From contig OZ241993.1 in NCBI GenBank assembly GCA_965204575.1, forward strand, positions 1,600,001-1,664,000: 64,000 bases of DNA, written 5' to 3'. Below, one piece after another: positions 55,408 through 64,000 of this stretch (within the stretch, counting starts at the first letter, position 1; every line of letters begins with the position of its first letter). The position numbers and the translations under genes were made by a program. Source of the DNA: an uncultured candidatus Porisulfidus sp. GTDB taxonomy: Bacteria > Pseudomonadota > Gammaproteobacteria > Poriferisulfidales > Poriferisulfidaceae. The notes under the pieces are model-generated. The model ran no database searches. It had not been told where the DNA came from and saw only the letters and a program-made list of their open reading frames with translations.

Positions 55408-57609
55408 TTATGCCGCCTTCCCTCTGACTTCCAACGTCTCCGTTCCGTGCAGATGTCCAACCTGTCGATTGATCTCTTCCATACTTTCGTCAAGAAGTTG
55501 CAAGGATTCCTGTGTTGCACTTCCGTATGAGAGGTAGCGCAGGAATTGAGCCATTAGGATAACGAGTACATCGTTACGACTGAGTTCTCTCCCCGCTGCT
55601 TTCAATCTGTCGGCTTGGTGCTCAGCTGTCTTCAGCCAGTCAGAAGCCTTCTCCGACTGGCTTAAAGCAAGACGTTTTCGGCATACGATGATGATGTCCA
55701 GATCGATCGGCTCTTTCGCCTGATGCTTGGGCATGGCGACCGACATCTCCGCCTTGACCGGATGGGCCGCCGTGATGACGAAGCCCGCGTCCATGAGTGC
55801 CTCAAGGACCGCCCGCCAGCCTTCGGGCCGGGAATGATGGTAGGTAAAAACTAGCAGGCCGTCGTCTTTCAGGACGCGGCAGGTTTCCTGCCAGACACTC
55901 TCCAAGCGCGACGTGAATGCTGCCGCATCGCCATTCTGAACCTCGCCGCTGGCACGAGTCGTCTCACGCGCTCTAGGCCCAGATGTTCCCAAGATATGCC
56001 GTTGCCAAACGTGGAAAAAGTCCGCCAATTGCGAGTAATGGACATTGTCGAAGAACGGCGGGTCCGTAATGACCGCATCGACAGACTGGTCAGGCAAATC
56101 CGTACGGCTCGAATCGCCACAGGACAGATAAATCGGCTTTCCGCTCTCGAATTCCCGGTAATCCTCTGCAAAGTCGCAGCCTAAGCGTTCCGACAACCCG
56201 AACACCTTTACAGGCTTCCTGCCCGCTTCCGACGGGCTAATCTCGAATGGGTCTTCGGCATAGTCCAAGGCACGCCGAATCCGGCCCTCAAACATTGTGG
56301 AGAATGACCCCGAACTCTTGGGTGTGCCCCACAGGTTGGCTTCCAGCGGGGTCCGTTCAGGCTTCAGGATGTGGTGCGCAAACATGTGCCGGACCGCGCC
56401 CGTCCCTTCTCCCTTGTATGAGGCGAATTGATTGTTGAATTCCAGCGCCCCCGAGAAAAGGCAAGTAAAAAGGTTCTTCAGGTCGGGGTCTTCGATGTCC
56501 CGGATCCGGTCTGCAAGAATCGACAGGCACAGGAGTTGGCGAGCATTAAACATGTTGTGCCAATGCCGATAGTTGTAGCCAAGGGCTTGATTGGTGTTGT
56601 AGCCCGCCTTGATTTTGACAACGGGGAACGGATTCTCCCGATCGTTCAGTTCCACTTCCGCCGCCTGATACTGTGCCCGGTCTTCTTCGGTCGCAGGAAG
56701 ATACTGCTTGGATCCGTCCGGCATCAAAACCAGTTTCGCGTATAGCCGGTGACGAGGAGGCTCCTCGCTTTCCCGAACCCGTCGCACGATTGAGAATGTA
56801 TGCTGGCAAGATGGGCATTGGGCATTCTGCCTTTGGACCGGACCCACCTGAGGATTGAAGGATGCACCACAGATCCCGCATTCCTCGTCCTCAGAATCGT
56901 AACGCGTCTGGTTGATGGCACCGCACTGCGGACAGACTGCCCGAGCCGTTGGATAGCGACCCGGATAGGCATGCCGAGCGAAGACGTACGAGGAAAACAA
57001 ATCAACATCGCCGGAGCACTGCGGGCAATCCAGTACCTTGACCCAGAAAAAACACAACGCATCCGCAGAAGTACCATCGGGAAGGGTGACTTTGTAATAC
57101 TGCCGAATCTGATCCCCAACGTCCTCGTCAATCGCCCGGAATGTATCCAGAATGGCTCGTCGGTCGTGAGATGCCAAAGCATTCCGCACCAAGAAATGGG
57201 CGACGGGGTTGATGTCCCGCCCAATCGCCCTGCCCCCCAACTTGGCAACTTCACCGATAGTCGTCCCGCTCCCCATGAAAGGATCGAAAATGATCTGCTC
57301 GGGGATCCGCGTACATCGGTAGAAAAGGTCCAGAACGTCCGAGCCCGTCGGTGCAGATGCAGCGATCGTAATTGCCCGAAATACCGAGCCAAGCCGGTGC
57401 GCCCACCATTTGTGTATGTGGTAGATCGGACGGTTGATTTCTTTGCGCCAGCTTTCCGCTTCAGCAATCCGGCTTAATTCTTCAAATGGGAAATTCTCTT
57501 CTTCGATGGCCCGCTGACCGCCAGTCGGAGAAATTAGGACATTCTTCGACCTGCCGTCAAGCAACTCGAGTTGTCTAGATTCACTCCGCATCCGCGAAGA
57601 GACTCTCAT
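55408..57609 (-). CDS. Amino (N6A/N4C) DNA methyltransferase with a Zn-ribbon insertion (DUF1156-like N-terminus)
   Basis: IHKWWAHR, FDPFMGSGTT (motif I), CPQC/CPQC/CGIC/CPSC, ITDPPF (motif IV). GGAGG RBS before ATG 57609. Confidence 0.85.
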   Translation of the reverse strand: MRVSSRMRSESRQLELLDGRSKNVLISPTGGQRAIEEENFPFEELSRIAEAESWRKEINRPIYHIHKWWAHRLGSVFRAITIAASAPTGSDVLDLFYRCTRIPEQIIFDPFMGSGTTIGEVAKLGGRAIGRDINPVAHFLVRNALASHDRRAILDTFRAIDEDVGDQIRQYYKVTLPDGTSADALCFFWVKVLDCPQCSGDVDLFSSYVFARHAYPGRYPTARAVCPQCGAINQTRYDSEDEECGICGASFNPQVGPVQRQNAQCPSCQHTFSIVRRVRESEEPPRHRLYAKLVLMPDGSKQYLPATEEDRAQYQAAEVELNDRENPFPVVKIKAGYNTNQALGYNYRHWHNMFNARQLLCLSILADRIRDIEDPDLKNLFTCLFSGALEFNNQFASYKGEGTGAVRHMFAHHILKPERTPLEANLWGTPKSSGSFSTMFEGRIRRALDYAEDPFEISPSEAGRKPVKVFGLSERLGCDFAEDYREFESGKPIYLSCGDSSRTDLPDQSVDAVITDPPFFDNVHYSQLADFFHVWQRHILGTSGPRARETTRASGEVQNGDAAAFTSRLESVWQETCRVLKDDGLLVFTYHHSRPEGWRAVLEALMDAGFVITAAHPVKAEMSVAMPKHQAKEPIDLDIIIVCRKRLALSQSEKASDWLKTAEHQADRLKAAGRELSRNDVLVILMAQFLRYLSYGSATQESLQLLDESMEEINRQVGHLHGTETLEVRGKAA

Positions 57610-57958
57610 GTCATATCCTCCTTGGATGCAACCGGACCCGAAAAATTTTGGGAAAAGATTTGTCACCCCATCCTGCCACTAATACTACCATCCTCCCTGT
57701 TGACTTGTTTCGCTCCCGTGCACAACCTCAATTTTTGCTTTACTCACTCTAAGGCTCCGAAGTGAAATCGTCTTTTTTGTAATCTACAAAGTCATTCTGG
57801 TTTTACTTTCGGCGAGATTTGGCTGCTATATATCCAACTTCCGACTACGTCTTGCACTATATTTTGGCTAGTAATTTTCTATCTCTCCAACAGCATTTAG
57901 ATTTCTATTACGTACATTGACCGCGATGACTTGGCTACTACATTGATAACCATCAGTG

Positions 57959-59383
57959 CTAATTTCCAGTCAGCCGTTGCTCTGTTCGCTCTAGATGTTC
58001 TCGCACAATTTCACTAATTTTCGAAGTGACTCTTCGCACAACTCCACTAGTATTCTTAGTCCAAGGCAATTTGTACCAGCGACGAACGACTTCGACACCT
58101 TCAGCATTAAATTTCCCAAAACTTATCAAGCTATGTTCGGTTCCAATTTCAAAAATATAGCAGTTTTCCAGACTCGGGGCGCAAGTGACCACAACGACTA
58201 TGCGCTTCAAACTATGGTATTTGGGAGTGAGCGTTATTTTTAACTGTGCCCTTTGCATCTCGCAGTTTAAGTGAAGTTCATAAGTTTCTCGATAACTTTG
58301 ATCTCCTCCCAATATCCCCCAAATAGCTGCCGTACTTGCTTGCAAAGGATTTTGAGCTTTTTCCCGTCTAATCCTCGCAGTAACAAATTCGTCAGATCGG
58401 CTCTCCCTTGCCAGAACACGTATGATGTGTGCTTCTGATGTCGGCTCATCAAAATCAGGATGTTCGCTTACTTCTAAGTCAAAAAATTCTGAGAATTCGT
58501 CTTTCGACACTTCTTCAATTAAATCGTCAAAAAAAGTATTTACGAAAAATTCGATCTTCTCAGGCGTCGCCATATTTTCTTCAGCCTCTTCGAGTAAAGT
58601 TTGGACACTACGCGGGGCAGCAGGAACCTGTTGGTCCTCCTCCTCTAACTGCGATGGCAATTTATCTTCCTTCGCTAATTTGGCTCTCAACGAATCCAAA
58701 CTTTTTGCGTCATCGACAAACTGCTCTCGCCCAGTACCTTGGGAGATAAAAAATGGTGTTTGGTCATGGTTTTGAAGGCTCTCGTCTCTCAGAGTGTTTA
58801 TTATGTCGGTGTAATAAACGATTCCTTCATTCTTACGGAGTGCTGCGGCACGGAATGCTTCTGTAAATACACTCAGCGATTCTCCAGCAAGTGCATTTTG
58901 GGATTGAAGGCAAGAAGATATCTGTATCAGATTATTGAATCCATATTTTTTTGGGGGTTGAAGCTGGTGCTCATCGTCTGCTTTAATAAGCGATACACCA
59001 GAATTGCAAGCATCAATCACTTTAACCACCAAATTTGAGTCAGCTTGCCTTAGCAAAATGTGTAACTCATCGGATGAAAGCCCTGTTTCATTTGGCCGCT
59101 CTGAATCGAAATTTGTAGCACAATAATAAAATTCCTCATCTCGCTGGCAACCGTGTCCTGTGAAATAAAAAAACAATTCTTCTGTTTGTTGATCTGTATC
59201 AACCGCGGCACGTATTCTGGATTTAAGTTCATCAGCATCACTATTTTCAACAATCCCAATCTCAGAATATTTCCCTGTAGATTCCAATAACTCTTTCATG
59301 GCCACTAGATCGTTGGCACAACATGGTAAGACTTTTAGTGATTTATATTGAGAGTTCCCAACTAATATTGCTCTATTGACCAT
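57959..59383 (-). CDS. Caspase-family (peptidase C14) protease with an unrecognised C-terminal domain
   Basis: AILVGNSQY, L..C.ND, FYFTGHG (His), IDACNSG (Cys), SVFT, QTP; markedly AT-rich compared with the flanks. Confidence 0.85.
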   Translation of the reverse strand: MVNRAILVGNSQYKSLKVLPCCANDLVAMKELLESTGKYSEIGIVENSDADELKSRIRAAVDTDQQTEELFFYFTGHGCQRDEEFYYCATNFDSERPNETGLSSDELHILLRQADSNLVVKVIDACNSGVSLIKADDEHQLQPPKKYGFNNLIQISSCLQSQNALAGESLSVFTEAFRAAALRKNEGIVYYTDIINTLRDESLQNHDQTPFFISQGTGREQFVDDAKSLDSLRAKLAKEDKLPSQLEEEDQQVPAAPRSVQTLLEEAEENMATPEKIEFFVNTFFDDLIEEVSKDEFSEFFDLEVSEHPDFDEPTSEAHIIRVLARESRSDEFVTARIRREKAQNPLQASTAAIWGILGGDQSYRETYELHLNCEMQRAQLKITLTPKYHSLKRIVVVVTCAPSLENCYIFEIGTEHSLISFGKFNAEGVEVVRRWYKLPWTKNTSGVVRRVTSKISEIVREHLERTEQRLTGN

Positions 59384-59556
59384 AGCTAGTTCTCTTTCCT
59401 TATCCTAAACATTTGGCAAATTGATTCAGCAGGAGCGTGTCTCAGACACACCCCACAAGGGTAGAAATCGTGGTTTCATGTTGCATCACTCCTCATACAG
59501 CCTCTACAAAATAACCTTGTTGAGGCCGAAAGCAATTTTCATACATCCGGTTTTGT

Positions 59557-60513
59557 TTACTCAATGAACAGCGTGCTGATCGACTCGTTCCGGTGAATGC
59601 GGGAAATGGACTCCGCCAGCAGTTCGGACACGCTGAGCACGCGAATCCGGTCGCACTCTATGGCCTCCTTGCTCAGCGGAATGGTGTCCGTGACGACCAG
59701 TTCGTCCAGGGTCGAATTCGCCAGGTTCTCGATGGCCCGGCCCGACAGCACCGGGTGCGTGACATAGGCGACCACCCGCGTGGCCCCCTGCTCTTTAAGA
59801 GCCGCGGCCGCATGACACAACGTGCCCGCCGTGTCGACCATGTCGTCGACCATCACGCAGCACATGCCCTCGACCTCACCGATGATGTTCATGACTTCCG
59901 ACTCGTTGGGGTTCGGACGCCGCTTGTCGATGATGGCGAGTTCGCTGCCAAGTTGCTTGGCGAACGCGCGGGCTCGCACCACCCCGCCGATGTCCGGCGA
60001 CACCGTCACCAGCTTGTCGCCACCGTCCCGGTGCCAGATGTCCTTGATCAGGATCGGCGAAGCGTAGATGTTGTCGACCGGGATGTCGAAGAAACCCTGT
60101 TCCTGATCGGCGTGCAGGTCGATGGTCAGCAGCCGGTCGACCCCGGCCGCGGTGATGATGTTCGCCGCCAGCTTGGCCGAGATCGGCACGCGGCCCGAAC
60201 GGGCGCGGCGGTCCTGCCGCGAATAGCCGAAATACGACACCACCGCGGTGATGCGATCGGCCGAGGAGCGGCGCAGCGCATCCACGATGATCACCAGTTC
60301 CATCAGGTTCTCGTTGGTCGGCCGGCAGGTCGGCTGCACGATGAACGCATCCTTGCCGCGGACGTTCTCGTTGATCTCCACGCGCACCTCGTCGTCGCTG
60401 AAGCGGCCAATGTCCGCCTTGCCCAGCGGAATGCTGAGGTACTGGGCGATCTTCTGCGCGAGCGCCGGGTTCGCGTTCCCGCTGAACACCACCAAGTCGT
60501 CGTAATCACTCAT
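59557..60513 (-). CDS. prs: Ribose-phosphate pyrophosphokinase
   Basis: [37 protein letters not shown]. Confidence 0.98.
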   Translation of the reverse strand: MSDYDDLVVFSGNANPALAQKIAQYLSIPLGKADIGRFSDDEVRVEINENVRGKDAFIVQPTCRPTNENLMELVIIVDALRRSSADRITAVVSYFGYSRQDRRARSGRVPISAKLAANIITAAGVDRLLTIDLHADQEQGFFDIPVDNIYASPILIKDIWHRDGGDKLVTVSPDIGGVVRARAFAKQLGSELAIIDKRRPNPNESEVMNIIGEVEGMCCVMVDDMVDTAGTLCHAAAALKEQGATRVVAYVTHPVLSGRAIENLANSTLDELVVTDTIPLSKEAIECDRIRVLSVSELLAESISRIHRNESISTLFIE

Positions 60514-60540
60514 CCTGGCATCCGTCCACGATTTTAAAAA

Positions 60541-60618
60541 TGGCTGGGCCGGCAGGATTCGAACCTGCGAATGCGGGGATCAAAACCCCGTGCCTTAACC
60601 TGACTTGGCGACGGCCCA
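60541..60618 (-). tRNA. tRNA-Gln (TTG)
   Basis: Acceptor TGGGCCG/CGGCCCA, anticodon arm CGGGG-TTTTGAT-CCCCG, GGTTCGAATCC, encoded CCA; typical ispE-tRNA-Gln-prs position. Confidence 0.96.
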
Positions 60619-60625
60619 ACATTCT

Positions 60626-61456
60626 TCACGCCCCCTCCTGCGCCAGCAGGGGCGAGCGCGCGAGACCCGCGGCAATCCGTCCGTTCCATTCCGGCGGACA
60701 AAGCGCCAGCACGGACTCGGCCTCGCCACGATCGTCGAACCACGCGAAGACCGAGCCGCCTGAACCCGTCATTGCTGCCGGCGCATAGCGGCGCAACCAG
60801 TCCAAGCGTGTCCCCACCTCCGGCAGCCGCGACCGGAGCAATTCCTCGAACACGTTGCTCCCCCAATACGCGTCTACCTCGCCCATTTTGATGGGGCGGC
60901 TCCATTGTGTCAATTGCAGGGACCGGTACGCCTCGGCCGTGCTGACCTCCGTCGGGGTCGGCAATACCAGCGCAAATCCCTCCGGACGATCCACCGGCGT
61001 CAGCCTCTCCCCCACGCCTTCCGCCCACGCGGTGCGCCCATAGACGAACAGCGGCACGTCCGCTCCCAGCTCCAGCCCCATCCCGGCCAATTCCTCCGTT
61101 TCCCACGGTTGCCCCCACAGGCGGTTGAGCCCGTGCAGCACGGCAGCCGCATCGGAACTGCCGCCGCCCAGGCCCGCGCCGACCGCGATCCGCTTGTTGA
61201 GGAATATCGTGGCGCCACACCCCCCAGGATGCCGCGCGCGCGCCAACTCGGCGGCCCGCAGGCACAGGTTGGTTCCCGCGAAGGCCCCGTCCGCATCGTC
61301 CGCGTACTCGAAACGGTCGTCCTCGCGCGGCTCGATCGTCAGGCAATCCGTGTAGTCGATCAACTGGAACAGGGTCTGCAACTCGTGGTAGCCGTCCTCG
61401 CGGCGGCCGGTCACGTGCAGGAGCAGGTTGATCTTTGCCGGGGCGTACAGGCGCAT
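60626..61456 (-). CDS. ispE: 4-diphosphocytidyl-2-C-methyl-D-erythritol kinase
   Basis: APAKINL, GYHELQTLF, GAGLGGGSSDAA, GADVP, MTGSG. Confidence 0.96.
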   Translation of the reverse strand: MRLYAPAKINLLLHVTGRREDGYHELQTLFQLIDYTDCLTIEPREDDRFEYADDADGAFAGTNLCLRAAELARARHPGGCGATIFLNKRIAVGAGLGGGSSDAAAVLHGLNRLWGQPWETEELAGMGLELGADVPLFVYGRTAWAEGVGERLTPVDRPEGFALVLPTPTEVSTAEAYRSLQLTQWSRPIKMGEVDAYWGSNVFEELLRSRLPEVGTRLDWLRRYAPAAMTGSGGSVFAWFDDRGEAESVLALCPPEWNGRIAAGLARSPLLAQEGA

Positions 61457-61459
61457 CGA

Positions 61460-62065
61460 CTAGTTCCGGCTCCATTCGCGAACGACCAGAACGCCGCGCA
61501 TCGCCTCCTGGGCGAAACGAACACGGCCCGGCAGGGTCGGTTCCTCGCAGCAACTGTAGTCACGGTAGTTGATTTCCCATCCCTCCTGGAGGATGCGCAG
61601 GGCCCGGGCCTGCCCGTCGAGCATGACTTCGCTCGCGTCGGAGACCGGGATGCCGCGCACGAGGTTCACCAGTTCCGGCAGCGGCAGCGCAAAACCCAGA
61701 CGCTCTTGCATGATCGCCTCGAGTTCCCCCTGGAGCGTCTCTTCCCCATCGTCCAAGGTTGCCTGGCCTGTCTGCAGGCTGCCGGTTACGTGCACCGGGT
61801 TCAACCCGAACGGCCCGCTCAACCGCAGTTCAAAGTCCGTGCCCGTCTGGCGCCACTGCAGGCGGCCCTGCACCTGGCCGTCGCTCCACTGCAGGCCGAA
61901 GCGGCCTTGCAGGCCCCAGTCCTGGAGGTCCACCACGCTCTGGCGGTGCTCTTCCCAGAGCCGGATCTCTCCCGAGTCCCCCAGCCCGGTCTCTCCCGGT
62001 ATCTGGAACAGTGGGCATCCCGTCAGCAGAAGCGCCGCCAACAGGCCGAGTCCTGCTTCCCTCAT
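61460..62065 (-). CDS. lolB: Outer-membrane lipoprotein insertase LolB
   Basis: Lipobox LLTGC, W.LQGRFG, L.W.Q, L.GPFG, GW.I.Y; position upstream of ispE. Confidence 0.88.
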   Translation of the reverse strand: MREAGLGLLAALLLTGCPLFQIPGETGLGDSGEIRLWEEHRQSVVDLQDWGLQGRFGLQWSDGQVQGRLQWRQTGTDFELRLSGPFGLNPVHVTGSLQTGQATLDDGEETLQGELEAIMQERLGFALPLPELVNLVRGIPVSDASEVMLDGQARALRILQEGWEINYRDYSCCEEPTLPGRVRFAQEAMRGVLVVREWSRN

Positions 62066-63882
62066 AAGGAGAAGCGCTGGGCGACCTGAGCCAGGAATTC
62101 GTCGTCCGGGAGCTGGTCGATGGCTTCGCGGTAAATCTTGCGTGCTTCCTCGCGCTGCCCCCGCACCCAGAGCACCTCGACCAGGTGCGCCGCGATTTCT
62201 CCTTCGGTCATCAGCGAATACGCCCGCCGCAGCAATGCTTCCGCCTTCTTGAGATTGCCGAGCCGGTAGTGAACCCAGCCCAGGCTGTCGGTGACCGCCG
62301 CATCGTCTGGAAGCTGCGCATGCGCCCGCTCGATGTATTCCAATGCCAGTTCAAGATTGAGGTTATGGTCCGCCCAGGTATAGCCGAGCGCATTGAGCGC
62401 CTGAGCATTGTCCGGGTCTTCCGCAAGCACTGCCTGCAGATCCCGTTCCAACCAATCGATCCGGCCCAACCGCTCCGCCAGCAAGGCGCGGCTGTACAAC
62501 AGCGACGCCTGCCCCGGGTATTTCTCCAGGGCCTGGTTCAGCAAGGCAAGCCCGGCATCGTACTGCTTCAGCCCGTACAGCAGGTCCCCTTCCGCAACGT
62601 ACAGCTGCACCACGCTTTCCTCGCGCTGGCTGCGTCCGCGCGACACCCTCAGGTGCATGCGCGCCTGTTCGAGGGTCCCCGCGTTCAAGAGCAGGTGCGC
62701 GATCCGCACTCGCGCCTTCTGGTAATACTCGTCGACCCCGAAATAGTCCCGCTCCTCGACCTGGTAGTAGTAGTCCATGGCCTTCCTCTCCTCCTGGGTC
62801 TCTTCGGCAACGAGCCCGAGAAAGTAAGCACTGACCGAGCGATTCAGCGACTGCGGCTGGCCGGACACAAGCGGCCGGAGGTTGGAGGCGAGTGCGAGGA
62901 AGTGCCTCTCGGCCTCCTTCCAGTCGCCCGCCAAAAGCGCCAAGGAACCGAGGGTCATCTGCCAGTGCGGGTTGCCCGGGTCGGATTCGAGCAACTTGAG
63001 GAATTGTTCCCGCGCCTCGTCCTGCCGCCCCAGGCTGTTGAGCAAGTCCGCCATCATCTGGCGCAGGCGCTGCGCGTTCTGGATCGGTTGCGCCAAGGCT
63101 TCCTGCAGCAACACGACCGCCTCTTCGGTGCGCTCCATTGCGCGCAGGATGTCGGCCTGCAGAGTGATCGCCTCCGGCCATTGCGGGAGGAGTTCAGAGG
63201 CTCGGCGCACGGCCGCCAAGGCTTCGTCCATCTTCTCTTCCACGCGCGCAATGCCGGCCACATGGAGATGCGCGTGTGCGCTTTTCGGATAGATTTTCGT
63301 GAGCCCCCGAAGGACTTCGAGCCGAGCCGACTGCGCCTCCGGCGTCGAGAGGGAGTTCGAGACCGCGAGGAGGTCCAGTTCCAGGCTGAGCGGCGACACT
63401 TCGATGGATTCCCTGTACGCCTCAAGCGCAGCTGGAATTTCCCCGCGGGCCGCGTGGATGGAGCCCAGCACACGCCATGGATGCGGGTTTTCCGGCACCA
63501 GGTCCCGCCAGCGCAAGGCGGCTTTCAGCACGCGGTCCGGATCCTGCATCCACAGGGCGATCTCGGTTGCCCGCGAAGCGACCTGGGGGTCGTCCGTCAG
63601 CAGGGATGCCTGGTAATAATGCTCGAATGCCGCCGGCAGGTCTCCGCGGAACCCGCTCATCTCGCCCTGCAGCAGCTCGTACATCAGGTCCGCGACCGGG
63701 GTCTCGGCTGTTGCAGCCTTTTCGGGCGTTTCGGGCGTCCCGGACGTTGCGGCCGGCTCAGGCAGGGTTTGGCAGCCTGATGCCAGCCCGAGCAGCAGGA
63801 TCAGCCCCGCCACCTCGAAATCATTCCGGCTCATGCCCGCAAGCGACCTTATGGAAAGGGATTTTTGGCGTAAAATGAACAA
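62062..63882 (-). CDS. TPR-repeat lipoprotein (hemA-lolB associated)
   Basis: Lipobox-like LASGC, multiple TPRs, ALNALGYTWAD, DSLGWVHYRLG. The start is uncertain (possibly MSRNDF). Confidence 0.85.
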   Translation of the reverse strand: MFILRQKSLSIRSLAGMSRNDFEVAGLILLLGLASGCQTLPEPAATSGTPETPEKAATAETPVADLMYELLQGEMSGFRGDLPAAFEHYYQASLLTDDPQVASRATEIALWMQDPDRVLKAALRWRDLVPENPHPWRVLGSIHAARGEIPAALEAYRESIEVSPLSLELDLLAVSNSLSTPEAQSARLEVLRGLTKIYPKSAHAHLHVAGIARVEEKMDEALAAVRRASELLPQWPEAITLQADILRAMERTEEAVVLLQEALAQPIQNAQRLRQMMADLLNSLGRQDEAREQFLKLLESDPGNPHWQMTLGSLALLAGDWKEAERHFLALASNLRPLVSGQPQSLNRSVSAYFLGLVAEETQEERKAMDYYYQVEERDYFGVDEYYQKARVRIAHLLLNAGTLEQARMHLRVSRGRSQREESVVQLYVAEGDLLYGLKQYDAGLALLNQALEKYPGQASLLYSRALLAERLGRIDWLERDLQAVLAEDPDNAQALNALGYTWADHNLNLELALEYIERAHAQLPDDAAVTDSLGWVHYRLGNLKKAEALLRRAYSLMTEGEIAAHLVEVLWVRGQREEARKIYREAIDQLPDDEFLAQVAQRFSL

Positions 63883-63923
63883 GACAGCCGTCGCAGCACT
63901 CGGGCTCGGGAAACCGTATCATT

Positions 63924-64000
63924 ATGGCATTGGCCACCCTTGGCATCAATCATCGAACCGCCAGCCTGGACCTGCGCGAGAAAATCGCGTTCACTCCGGA
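63924..64000 (+). CDS. hemA: Glutamyl-tRNA reductase, 3'-truncated by the window edge
   Basis: MALATLGINHRTASLDLREKIAFTP matches the HemA N-terminus; divergent from TPR-lolB-ispE. Confidence 0.9.
   Translation, partial: MALATLGINHRTASLDLREKIAFTP

Noticed and set aside
57610-57958. Hidden small gene (e.g. a caspase substrate or R-M controller) between the caspase and MTase genes
   Set aside because: The minus-strand frames I read are interrupted by stops and show no HTH or other motif; at most an unrecognisable remnant.
54600-60618. tRNA-Gln as the integration site of the defence island
   Set aside because: prs lies between the tRNA and the island, no duplicated tRNA 3' end was found, and there is no integrase.

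Overview
A 64-kb window from a GC-rich gammaproteobacterium-like chromosome (secY-rpmJ-rpsM order without infA/adk). Most of it is core genome: mltB-rlpA-dacA-dat-lipB-lipA; cfa; rne; yhdP-maf-rsfS-nadD-recJ; lnt-corC-ybeY-phoH-miaB; ssb; uvrA; the complete str/S10/spc/alpha ribosomal superoperon; and prs-tRNA-Gln-ispE-lolB-TPR-hemA. Metabolic markers are aprMBA (APS reductase, sulfur-oxidiser type) and a three-gene methanopterin/methanofuran-type cofactor cluster. There are three accessory insertions. (1) The top finding is a 1,316-bp element (18196-19511) carrying only a decayed TnpB RNA-guided nuclease gene. It is bounded by 24-bp terminal inverted repeats (GGnnATTAT start) and an 8-bp target-site duplication, the end architecture of IS1595-family DDE elements rather than of IS200/IS605. 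It inserted between the ribosome-binding site and start codon of a higA antitoxin, next to a higB toxin remnant. (2) A decaying toxin-antitoxin patch lies between uvrA and rplQ. (3) A defence-like island (PD-(D/E)xK nuclease, Zn-finger DNA methyltransferase, AT-rich caspase-family protease) lies between aprM and prs. Core-gene oddities: uL23 has a ~59-aa N-terminal extension starting with an amphipathic helix and a shortened tunnel loop; uS10 has a ~29-aa extension; tuf has a strong G-ending codon bias; and there is an unannotated 33-aa membrane peptide after lipA. No CRISPR array or rRNA was seen. All assignments come from reading sequence and motifs by eye; no database search or folding program was run.
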